In this document: one piece after another, positions 39,370-47,945 of the stretch | Position numbering within the stretch: position 1 is the stretch's first letter | Layout of the letters: every line of letters starts with the position of its first letter | Virus record (IMG/VR): IMGVR_UViG_3300025128_006668 | Coordinates: 1 to 64,000 of that record | DNA from: a virus | Length of the DNA stretch: 64,000 nt | Direction: 5' to 3' (one strand) | Made by a program: the position numbers and the translations under genes | Notes under the pieces: model-generated | Database searches by the model: none | What the model saw: only the letters and a program-made list of their open reading frames with translations | Told to the model about the DNA's origin: nothing

Positions 39370-40377
39370 ATGAAAAAGAGCAAGGAAATAATATCTGATA
39401 AAGTTGCAGTAGTTAATCAAATACTTCCCCACACAAACAAATGGGCATGGGATCTGTTTATCGACGGTGCAGCTAATAACTGGATGCCAACTGAAATCTC
39501 AATGGCCAAGGATATTGAGCAATGGAAGTCTAACCTGCTATCGGAAGACGAAAAGCTAGTCGTAAAAAGGTGTCTTGGTTTTTTTGCTGGTTCAGAGTCT
39601 TTAGTAGCAAACAACTTATTGCTTAGTATCTTTAAGTATGTCACCGACCCTGAGTGTCGCCAATATATACTAAGGCAAGCATATGAGGAAAGTTTACATA
39701 ATCTCACAGTTGTCTATGTATGTGACTCTCTAAACTTAAAAATAGGAGAGGTCTACCAAGCCTACAATTCTATACCTAGTATTAAAGCTAAGGATGACTT
39801 TTTAATGAACATCACAAGTGACATTAATAGGCCAGACTTTAATATCAATACAATAGAAGGTAAGAGAGAATTTCTTAGAAATATTATTACATACTATGTG
39901 ATCTGTGAGGGAATCTTTTTCTTCTCTGGTTTTGCTATGCTTCTTTCTTTTAATAGACAAAATAAACTTCCGGGAATTGGTGAGCAGATCCAATACACTC
40001 TTAGAGATGAGAGTTTACACATAAAATTTGGAACTACTCTAATAAACAGACTTAGGGAAGATAGCCCAAAGATATGGACAAAGACGTTTGAAAAAGAAAC
40101 GCTTGAGCACATAGACACAGCAATAGAGCTAGAGCTAGCTTACGCTAGAGAAGTTCTTCCCACAGGGATATTAGGGCTAAATTCAGACATGTTTATTGAT
40201 TATGTACAATATATAGCGAACAGAAGGTTAGAAAACCTTAATCTACCAAGTCCTTATGAAGACACAAAAAACCCGTTCCCTTGGATGAGCGAGATAATCG
40301 ACCTAGAAAAGTGCAAAAACTTTTTTGAAACAAGGGTTACTGAATACTCAGTTGGGACACTAGTAGACGACTTTTAG
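39370..40377 (+). CDS. nrdB: ribonucleotide reductase beta subunit
   Basis: W.PTEI, EE.LH, EG.FF.SGF, RDESLH, NFFE.RV.EY. Confidence 0.95.
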   Translation: MKKSKEIISDKVAVVNQILPHTNKWAWDLFIDGAANNWMPTEISMAKDIEQWKSNLLSEDEKLVVKRCLGFFAGSESLVANNLLLSIFKYVTDPECRQYILRQAYEESLHNLTVVYVCDSLNLKIGEVYQAYNSIPSIKAKDDFLMNITSDINRPDFNINTIEGKREFLRNIITYYVICEGIFFFSGFAMLLSFNRQNKLPGIGEQIQYTLRDESLHIKFGTTLINRLREDSPKIWTKTFEKETLEHIDTAIELELAYAREVLPTGILGLNSDMFIDYVQYIANRRLENLNLPSPYEDTKNPFPWMSEIIDLEKCKNFFETRVTEYSVGTLVDDF

Positions 40378-40417
40378 TGTATATTTATGTAGACTTTCAC
40401 ATTTTTCGGAGTTTGCT

Positions 40418-41674
40418 ATGATTGATTTTATATTTGACAGAAGGAATTTTTTAAGAATAGGTTCTATTGGAGCAGGCATGTCGGCAGTGGGACTGTCTGA
40501 CTTTGCTCTAGGATCGCAGGATTTTACTAGTTATAAAGATAAAACCGTAGTCTGGGTATGGCTAGGAGGTGGCCCAACGCAATTTGAAACCTTCCACGCC
40601 CCTAACGACACTGTCCCTTCAGAATGGCAGCCTGTAAATGGCGCTATACATGACGCCAAGACCAACATCACTTTAGGCGCAGACTGGGTAGAACTTGCAA
40701 AACATACTTCAAAGTTAAGTATAGTCAATTCTTTCAGTCATAAAGACTCGTCTCACAGACAGGGGACGCACTTTATGATGACAGGACATTACAATCCCGA
40801 AAGAAGTACAACATCTATTGCTAAATACCCCTCTTTTGGGTCTATAGTCTCAGCCATTTATGGTGCAAATCACTCTAGTAATGGAGTGCCTACTTATGTT
40901 AAGCAAGGTAAGATTGAAGGAGATGAGGGCGCTTGGTTGGGTGGAGCATTTAAACCATTTGATCCTTCCAATAAAGATAACCTCACACCAAGAGTTGAAC
41001 TCGATAGGTTCTCAACAAGAAAAGAACTACTCGCAGGATTAGATGCTGCAAGAGTTTCCAGCAAAGGAGCTGAGTCAGTACAGTTTTACAAAGGTCAGGC
41101 TTATGATGTTATCCTAGGTTCCGCTAAAGAGGCTTTTGCTGTAGAAAAAGAAAGCGAAGCAACGAAAGCTCTTTATGGGTCTACAAAAGCTAAGGATATT
41201 GGCGAACAGCTTATCTTGGCTCGAAGACTTGCAGAAAATGGAACACGATTCATAACCCTTCATTATGGTGGATGGGATATGCATAGCAATATATCTAAGG
41301 CAATGCAAGGAAAAGTCCCTCCTTTGGATAAGGCTCTAGCAGGCTTCTTGCAAGATATACAAGACAGAGGGATGAGTGAGAAGGTTCTTCTGGTTGTAAC
41401 CGGAGAGTTTGGTAGAACTAAGTTTAATGCAAATGCAGGTAGAGACCATTGGCCTGCAATTACCCCTATGCTTATGGCAGGTGGAGAATATGAGTCCGGA
41501 AGAACGATTGGTGCTGCTGACAGATCCTATAATCCAATTGAAAAACCTGTAGGGCCTCTCGATTTACAGGCAACTTTATTTGACCACTTTGGTATTGACA
41601 CAGCAATTCAGCGTGTTGATAATGGCGGTCGTCCAAGATATTTACTAGAAGGTGAAGCTAAGGTAATTTTATAA
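40418..41674 (+). CDS. DUF1501 domain protein (copy 1)
   Basis: RRNFL, WLGGGP.Q.ETF, ARRL.E.G.RF, GWDMH, GEFGRT, GRDHWP. Confidence 0.9.
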   Translation: MIDFIFDRRNFLRIGSIGAGMSAVGLSDFALGSQDFTSYKDKTVVWVWLGGGPTQFETFHAPNDTVPSEWQPVNGAIHDAKTNITLGADWVELAKHTSKLSIVNSFSHKDSSHRQGTHFMMTGHYNPERSTTSIAKYPSFGSIVSAIYGANHSSNGVPTYVKQGKIEGDEGAWLGGAFKPFDPSNKDNLTPRVELDRFSTRKELLAGLDAARVSSKGAESVQFYKGQAYDVILGSAKEAFAVEKESEATKALYGSTKAKDIGEQLILARRLAENGTRFITLHYGGWDMHSNISKAMQGKVPPLDKALAGFLQDIQDRGMSEKVLLVVTGEFGRTKFNANAGRDHWPAITPMLMAGGEYESGRTIGAADRSYNPIEKPVGPLDLQATLFDHFGIDTAIQRVDNGGRPRYLLEGEAKVIL

Positions 41675-43092
41675 TGAAAGATAATAAGTATTTACAAGCT
41701 GTAGGAGATCACTTAAACGAGGAAGGGTTTACAGAGGAGCTTACTGAGGCTAACTTTGTTATCCCTGAGGAATCTGACTACATTGACTTTGGAGAAGAAA
41801 CCGAAGAGTGGGACGTTGCCGCAAACCGTCCCGGCTTGTGGGAGAATATAAGAAGGAAGAAGCTTAGAGAGGGCAAGAATTATAAACCTGCTAAGACGGA
41901 GAAAGAAGGGCGTCCAAGCCAAAAGGAGCTCAAAAAAGCTCAGAGCGCACCTAGAGACCCTAGAAGAACTCCTGCTCCTAAAAAAGACCAAAAGAAAGGC
42001 TCTAAAAAGAATAAGCCCGATAGCGCTAAGAAGCCAAACAAAAGTATCAAGTTCAGCAAAGAGGTAACACAGCAGCTGTCTAATAAAGTCAAAGAACATA
42101 ATGCTAAAGACAAAGGTTCTAAGGCAACGCTCGGAGCGCTAAAAGCAGTTTATAGAAGAGGCGCTGGCGCTTACTCAACTAGCCATGCGCCAAAGATGAG
42201 TCGTCATGGATGGGCCATAGCAAGAGTCAATGCTTTCTTGTACCTATTAAGAAATGGAAGGCCTAAAAACTCTGGCTACAAACAAGACAATGACCTTCTC
42301 CCAAAAGGACATCCTAGAAAAAGCTCTGCCGGTATGAAAAAGAAGTACTCAATGGGCGAAGGCAATGAGGATGTGTTCACGAACCCCGGAGAAGCAATGA
42401 AAAGAGCCAAAGAGCTCGGGCTAGACGACATTCATACACATAAGACTGATGACGGTAAGACTATCTATATGCCGGGTAAAAATCACGAAGAGTATATGAA
42501 GACTGTAACCACAAAAGGGCCCAATTATAAAAAGGTATATGCTGGTTATAAATATCAAGATCCCAAGACAGGTGAAATGTACACCTTCAGAAGAAGAGGC
42601 GTTTACAGAAAAGATGGTCGAATACTAATTCCTGTAAGAGGATCTAAGGCTCATAAGGCAGGACCAATGGAAGACCATGTGTTCACAAGCAAAGAAGCCG
42701 CCATGAAGTTTGCGAAAAAGTTCGACGACTTGAGTGACAATGTCCATACTAAAAAGACCGGAGACGGAACTGTTCTTTATATTCCCGGAAAGAATGAAGA
42801 AGAGTTTAGAAAATGGTACAAGTCGCATAAAGGGGAAGATGCTAAAGGGGCTGAGTATCAAGGTAGAAAAGTTACTCTCAATAAACCGTTTAGAACACCA
42901 GACGGGCCAAAGAAAAGATCTGTCTATGTTAAGAATGAAAAAGGTAATGTAGTTAAGGTCAACTTTGGTGATCCTAATATGAAAATCAAAAAGAACATAC
43001 CGGAGAGAAGGAAGAGTTTTAGAGCTAGACACAACTGTGATAACCCCGGTCCAAAATGGAAGGCAAGATACTGGTCTTGTAAGGCATGGTAA
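41674..43092 (+). CDS. modular Lys/Arg-rich phage protein with two internal repeats
   Basis: Modules LKAVYRRG.GAY...W..ARVN; two EDxFT..EA...A...HT....G...Y.PGKN.EE repeats; SFRARHNC...ARYWSC. Confidence 0.8.
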   Translation: MKDNKYLQAVGDHLNEEGFTEELTEANFVIPEESDYIDFGEETEEWDVAANRPGLWENIRRKKLREGKNYKPAKTEKEGRPSQKELKKAQSAPRDPRRTPAPKKDQKKGSKKNKPDSAKKPNKSIKFSKEVTQQLSNKVKEHNAKDKGSKATLGALKAVYRRGAGAYSTSHAPKMSRHGWAIARVNAFLYLLRNGRPKNSGYKQDNDLLPKGHPRKSSAGMKKKYSMGEGNEDVFTNPGEAMKRAKELGLDDIHTHKTDDGKTIYMPGKNHEEYMKTVTTKGPNYKKVYAGYKYQDPKTGEMYTFRRRGVYRKDGRILIPVRGSKAHKAGPMEDHVFTSKEAAMKFAKKFDDLSDNVHTKKTGDGTVLYIPGKNEEEFRKWYKSHKGEDAKGAEYQGRKVTLNKPFRTPDGPKKRSVYVKNEKGNVVKVNFGDPNMKIKKNIPERRKSFRARHNCDNPGPKWKARYWSCKAW

Positions 43093-43276
43093 GAATATGA
43101 ATAAAAATGAATTCCTAAAAGCAGTGGATGATTATCTCACAAAAGATGTGCGTAAAGAACAAAAGAAAAAGAAGAAGCACACTGTATATAAGCCTCCAAG
43201 CTGGAAAAAAGACAACCCCGGAAAATACCAAGTATTAGAAGCTCCAGAGCCAGATGAAGATCAAGGCCCTAGTTAA
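43037..43276 (+). CDS. small basic hypothetical protein
   Basis: ORF track; likely start 43097. Confidence 0.5.
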   Translation: MITPVQNGRQDTGLVRHGKNMNKNEFLKAVDDYLTKDVRKEQKKKKKHTVYKPPSWKKDNPGKYQVLEAPEPDEDQGPS

Positions 43277-43288
43277 AGGAAAATTGAA

Positions 43289-44596
43289 ATGAAATGTAGA
43301 GGAAACAATATTGCTCGCCGTTCTTTTATACATGTCGGAATGGCAGGAGGAATAGGATTAGGTTTATCAGATTTTTTTAGAATCAGAAAAGCCCAAGCAG
43401 ACCAAAAGTTTTACGAGAGCGTAGAGGGGCCAGCAAAGTCTGTTATCTATATTTATCTGCCCGGCGGTTCTGCGCATCAGGAAACATTTGATCCTAAACC
43501 GCTGTCTCCGTTAGAGTATAGAGGCCCAATGGCTAGCATTGAGACAAATGTTCCCGGAATCAGACTTAATGAGATGATGAAAAACACTGCTAAGCTAATG
43601 GATAAGATTTCCATCATTCGCAGTATGACACATGGAGAGGCAGCGCATGAACGAGGCACACATAATATGTTTACTGGCTATAGACCTAGTCCAGCACTCC
43701 AATATCCTTCCATTGGTTCAGTGGTTGCACATGAGTTTGGCCCACGTCATAACTTACCACCTTACGTCTGTATCCCCAATCAGCCTAATGAGTTCGCAGG
43801 TACTGGATATCTAAGTAGCTCATTCTCAGGCTTTAGTCTAGGTTCTGACCCTGCGAGTGACGGGTTTCAAGTTAGAGACTTGAAGCTTCCTAATGGTGTT
43901 AATGATGGTCGCTTTGGAACACGTCGCAAAATGCTGGGTGCTGTCAATGACTATTTTGCAACTAAAGAAAAATCAGACTCTCTGGATGCCGTAGATTCTT
44001 TTTATGATCGTGCTTACAGCTTGATTAGCAGCGAAAAAGCCAGAGATGCTTTTGATATAAACAAAGAGGATGCTGTAACTAGAGACAGGTATGGTAGAAA
44101 TACCGCTGGAGCCAGAATGCTTTTGGCTCGTCGGTTAGTCGAAGCAGGGACGAGGTTTGTAACGCTAACTTATGGTGGCTGGGATATGCATGATAATATC
44201 GAAGCCGGAATACGAAGACAAGTCCCAGCTCTAGACCAAGGACTAGCGGCATTGATAGAAGACTTAGACCAAAGAGGTCTTCTTGAATCAACCTTGGTAT
44301 GTGTGGCTTCTGAGTTTGGCAGAACCCCAAAAATAAACGCCAATTCAGGAAGAGACCACTGGCCTAAAGTGTTTAGCACCCTAATGGCAGGAGGTGGAAT
44401 CAAGGGCGGTTTAGTATATGGAAAATCCGATGCGACCGCTAGTGAGCCAGAAGAAAATGCTGTAGGAGTGGAAGACTGGGCATCTACGATTTATAATAGG
44501 ATAGGGATCGTCCCCGATAAAGAGCTTATGGCTCCCGGAGATAGACCTATTGAAATTGTAGATGGTGGTAAAGTTATTCAAGATTTAATTATTTAG
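43289..44596 (+). CDS. DUF1501 domain protein (copy 2)
   Basis: RRSFI, LPGG.AHQETFDPKP, ARRLVEAG.RFV, GWDMH, EFGRTP, GRDHWP. Confidence 0.92.
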   Translation: MKCRGNNIARRSFIHVGMAGGIGLGLSDFFRIRKAQADQKFYESVEGPAKSVIYIYLPGGSAHQETFDPKPLSPLEYRGPMASIETNVPGIRLNEMMKNTAKLMDKISIIRSMTHGEAAHERGTHNMFTGYRPSPALQYPSIGSVVAHEFGPRHNLPPYVCIPNQPNEFAGTGYLSSSFSGFSLGSDPASDGFQVRDLKLPNGVNDGRFGTRRKMLGAVNDYFATKEKSDSLDAVDSFYDRAYSLISSEKARDAFDINKEDAVTRDRYGRNTAGARMLLARRLVEAGTRFVTLTYGGWDMHDNIEAGIRRQVPALDQGLAALIEDLDQRGLLESTLVCVASEFGRTPKINANSGRDHWPKVFSTLMAGGGIKGGLVYGKSDATASEPEENAVGVEDWASTIYNRIGIVPDKELMAPGDRPIEIVDGGKVIQDLII

Positions 44597-44609
44597 TCTG
44601 GAGATAGAT

Positions 44610-44807
44610 ATGAAAAAAAGAATTCCAATTATAGCTATTATTATAGTAGTTGCGATATGTATCGCAAACAAAGATGAAATTAAACAAATGTTTAACAAAG
44701 GAGAAGATAAAGTGGTAAATTGTTCAATCTGTGTAGAAGAATGCCCATGCGTAGAAGCTGAATGCGTCTGCAAGGCAACTTGCAAATGTGATAATTGTGT
44801 TAGCTAA
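44610..44807 (+). CDS. small membrane-anchored protein with metallothionein-like Cys cluster
   Basis: TM helix then CSICVEECPCVEAECVCKATCKCDNC; GGAG RBS. Confidence 0.65.
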   Translation: MKKRIPIIAIIIVVAICIANKDEIKQMFNKGEDKVVNCSICVEECPCVEAECVCKATCKCDNCVS

Positions 44808-44824
44808 TTAACTAGAGGTGCAAA

Positions 44825-46108
44825 ATGTTAAGTTTATCAAGAAGAAGTTTTCTGTCAGTAGGAGGTTTAGGCCTTCTTACTATGCCGCAGGTATTACGCG
44901 CTCAAAATAATAATGGGACATCCCACAAGGCTGTGATTAACATCTTCCTTGGTGGTGGCCCTCCGCATCAAGATATGTGGGATATAAAGACAGAAGCTCC
45001 ATCGGAGATTCGAGGACCATTTAAGCCGATCCCGACCAATGTGGCGGGAGTGCACATCGGGGAATGTTTCCCTGAAATTGCTTCAATGTTTGATAAATTT
45101 ACAGCTATTCGTTCTGTAGTAGGATCTGATGGATCACATGATGGATACCAGTGCGTTACTGGATGGAGTCGTAAAGACATGGTGTCCGGATCTAGCTATC
45201 CAGCTATTGGGGCGTGCGCCTCTAAAATATTAGGCCCTGTTGACCCTGCTGTACCGGTTGCAGTAGGGTTAGCGGAGGCTACTCAGCATATGCCTTGGTC
45301 AGAAGCAGGAGGAGCTGGTTATCTTGGAGATACCCATAAGCCTTTCAAGCCAAATGGCCAAATGATGAAAGACCTTAAACTCAATATGGAAGTAGAAAGG
45401 TTTAAGAATAGAAAAGCCCTTCTTAATGGTTTTGCAAATATCAATAAGCAGATAGACAAGGCTGTTAATGTTGATACGTTTACTGAAGAGGCGTTTGGAG
45501 TTCTTACTTCAAGCTCTTTAGTTGATGCTTTAGACTTGTCAAAAGAAGACGCAAAGATTAGAGAAATGTATGGAGATGGTAAGCCGTTTAAATTCCAATA
45601 CGACGGAGCGCCCACAGTTAATGAGCATGTGCTTATGGCTCGCCGCTTAGTATCTGCTGGGGCACGCTCTGTCACACTATCATACGGAAGGTGGGATAGC
45701 CACGGATCTAACTTTGATCTAGTCAGAGATCATGGAGCCAAGCTAGACCAATGCGTATCGGCTCTTGTTAAAGATCTTGATCAACGAGGTATGCTTGACG
45801 ACACACTTGTTGTAGTATGGGGAGAATTTGGCAGAACCCCTAAGATCAACCCAAAGGGTGGTCGTGACCACTGGCCGCAAGTTTCTGCAGCACTACTAGC
45901 AGGAGGAGGATTCAATCACGGGCAAACCATCGGAGAAACCAATAGGCTTGGGGAAGTTCCAGAGTCCAGACCTGTGCACATACAGGAAATCTGTGCAACA
46001 ATGTATAGAGGTCTAGGTATCGACACGATGTCCACAACTTTATTAGACAATACTGGAAGACCTCAATATCTTCTAGATCACAGAGAGCCTCTAAAGGAGT
46101 TAATTTAA
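44825..46108 (+). CDS. DUF1501 domain protein (copy 3)
   Basis: RRSFL, LGGGPPHQDMWDIK, ARRLV.AG, WDSH, GEFGRTP, GRDHWP. Confidence 0.92.
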   Translation: MLSLSRRSFLSVGGLGLLTMPQVLRAQNNNGTSHKAVINIFLGGGPPHQDMWDIKTEAPSEIRGPFKPIPTNVAGVHIGECFPEIASMFDKFTAIRSVVGSDGSHDGYQCVTGWSRKDMVSGSSYPAIGACASKILGPVDPAVPVAVGLAEATQHMPWSEAGGAGYLGDTHKPFKPNGQMMKDLKLNMEVERFKNRKALLNGFANINKQIDKAVNVDTFTEEAFGVLTSSSLVDALDLSKEDAKIREMYGDGKPFKFQYDGAPTVNEHVLMARRLVSAGARSVTLSYGRWDSHGSNFDLVRDHGAKLDQCVSALVKDLDQRGMLDDTLVVVWGEFGRTPKINPKGGRDHWPQVSAALLAGGGFNHGQTIGETNRLGEVPESRPVHIQEICATMYRGLGIDTMSTTLLDNTGRPQYLLDHREPLKELI

Positions 46109-46392
46109 TGGTTAAACTAAATGATTGGGTTCAAAGAACTAAGTTTCCCCTTGAAGGAAACGCAGCATTTGACTGACATGAGTACTCTATCGCACAGGTT
46201 GTGCGTATTGATGAAGAGTGTGTGGAAGTAGACTTTGCATGTAGCTGTATGACTTTTGATGGAAGCAGCAAAAAGCTTTGGGCTCATGGAGAATATCTTC
46301 CTCTTGATGATGAGTCTTATGCGAAACATAAAAAGGCACATGACGCCTGTTGTCTTTTTGGAGAAGAACTGGAAGTAGATTATGCAACGTAG
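46108..46392 (+). CDS. 94-aa protein with in-frame TGA at codon 23 (candidate selenoprotein; alternatively a pseudogene)
   Basis: AAGGAG RBS, TAATG coupling; TGA 46174-46176 is in frame with track ORF 46201..46392; SECIS-like hairpin follows. Confidence 0.6.
46177..46213 (+). promoter_or_regulatory. candidate bacterial SECIS element
   Basis: CGCACA-GGT-TGTGCG hairpin with the apical loop 20 nt after TGA; lower pairs CAT/ATG and AGTA/TATT. Confidence 0.5.
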
Positions 46393-47599
46393 AAATTTTT
46401 TGAAACATTTATCAGTATTCCCTACCTTATCTTTAATAGAATCTCTTAGAGCTAATGAAGAGGAGCTAAAGAAGAATGGTAAGTCAGCTATCTTATTATG
46501 GATGGGCGGTGGTCCTTCAACAATGGATATTTGGGACTTGAAACCGGGTGCTCCTACAGGAGGCCCATTCAAACCTATCGGTACATCTGGAGATGTTCAG
46601 ATCTGCGAACATATGCCCCTCATGGCAAAGCAGATGCATAATGCTGCGATTATTAGAAGTATGAGTACGAGAGAAGCGGATCATATGCGTGGAAGATATT
46701 ACATGCATACGGGCTATGTTCCCAACCCAAGCATGACTCATCCTAGTTATGGATCTGTCATATCGCATCAGCTCCAAAGACCAGAAGTTTCTATCCCTAA
46801 ATTTATCTCCGTTGGAGGAGGCAGTATGGGAGCTGGTTTTTTGGGCGCTAAATATTCGCCGTTCGTTGTTAACAGCGATGGTAGAATAAGAAACCTAAAT
46901 ATGAAAGTAGACCAAAGATTCTACCAAAGAGCATATGCCTTGGACGCTATAGAAACAAGCTTTATAAATCAAAGAAGAGGTTCTGCTGCAAAAGAACATC
47001 AAGCTATACTGAAAGAAGCTTTTGGAGTACTCACAAGTTCCCAGATGGATGCTCTCAAGGTAGCTGGTGAGCCAGAGAATGTAAAAGAGAGATATGGAGA
47101 TAATGGTTTTGGTAAAGGATGCTTAATGGCTAGGCGACTAGTCGAAGCAGGAGTTCCATTTATTGAAGTCAATCTTGGGGGATGGGATAATCACCAGAAC
47201 ATTCATCCTATGTTAAGAGATACTAAGTTGCCTATGCTTGACCAAGGCATGAGTGCGTTGTTTGAAGATTTAGAACAAAGAGGGATAATTGATGACACTG
47301 TAGTTATTTGGATGGGAGAGTTTAGCAGAACTCCCCGTATCAACCAGAACGCTGGACGTGACCATTGGGCGCGTAGCTGGAGCGTTGTTGTTGGAGGAGG
47401 CGGAATGAACGGAGGCATATCTATTGGAGAAACAAGCTCCGATGGGACTAGAGTTGAGACAGAACCACATACATCGCAAGATGTTATGGCATCTGTGTGT
47501 AAAGCCTTAGGCATTTCGCTTGGCACAACATTTACTAGTAATAACGGCAGACCTATGAAAATTGCCAATTCTGGTAAGATTATTAAAGAATTATTCTAA
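46382..47599 (+). CDS. DUF1501 domain protein (copy 4)
   Basis: RRNFL, WMGGGPS.MD.WDLKP, ARRLVEAGV.F, GWDNH, GEFSRTP, GRDHW. Confidence 0.92.
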   Translation: MQRRNFLKHLSVFPTLSLIESLRANEEELKKNGKSAILLWMGGGPSTMDIWDLKPGAPTGGPFKPIGTSGDVQICEHMPLMAKQMHNAAIIRSMSTREADHMRGRYYMHTGYVPNPSMTHPSYGSVISHQLQRPEVSIPKFISVGGGSMGAGFLGAKYSPFVVNSDGRIRNLNMKVDQRFYQRAYALDAIETSFINQRRGSAAKEHQAILKEAFGVLTSSQMDALKVAGEPENVKERYGDNGFGKGCLMARRLVEAGVPFIEVNLGGWDNHQNIHPMLRDTKLPMLDQGMSALFEDLEQRGIIDDTVVIWMGEFSRTPRINQNAGRDHWARSWSVVVGGGGMNGGISIGETSSDGTRVETEPHTSQDVMASVCKALGISLGTTFTSNNGRPMKIANSGKIIKELF

Positions 47600-47895
47600 T
47601 GAAATTTTATCGAAACGCAGTCTATGTTCTTGCAACCCTTTGTTTCTTTAATATGTTACAAAGTGCTTATGTCTACAAAAAACTTGTACAAATAGAAGAG
47701 AAGCAAAATAAAATAGAGGTTAAAATACCCATTTCAGAGGATCTGAAGGAATTGCCCTTACATACTAGACTTAGAGACTCCCAGATAATGCAGGCAATCC
47801 TTATGACGCATCACCAATTAGGGGTACATGATCCGGGCTCTCAGCCTATGTGCCCTATGTGTCAACAACAGGGATTAAAAACAGTATCAGATTAA
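47599..47895 (+). CDS. membrane-anchored protein with C-terminal His/CxxC motif
   Basis: N-terminal TM; HHQLGVH...CPMC. Confidence 0.6.
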   Translation: MKFYRNAVYVLATLCFFNMLQSAYVYKKLVQIEEKQNKIEVKIPISEDLKELPLHTRLRDSQIMQAILMTHHQLGVHDPGSQPMCPMCQQQGLKTVSD

Positions 47896-47945
47896 GCTTT
47901 TTGGGGTATTTACTCTTAGATCTACAATTTTCCTAGGAGTAAAAA

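Noticed and set aside
36811-40377. Introns or inteins in nrdA or nrdB (also considered for sufB, dnaB, recA)
   Set aside because: The ORFs are uninterrupted, of normal length and show no intein motifs
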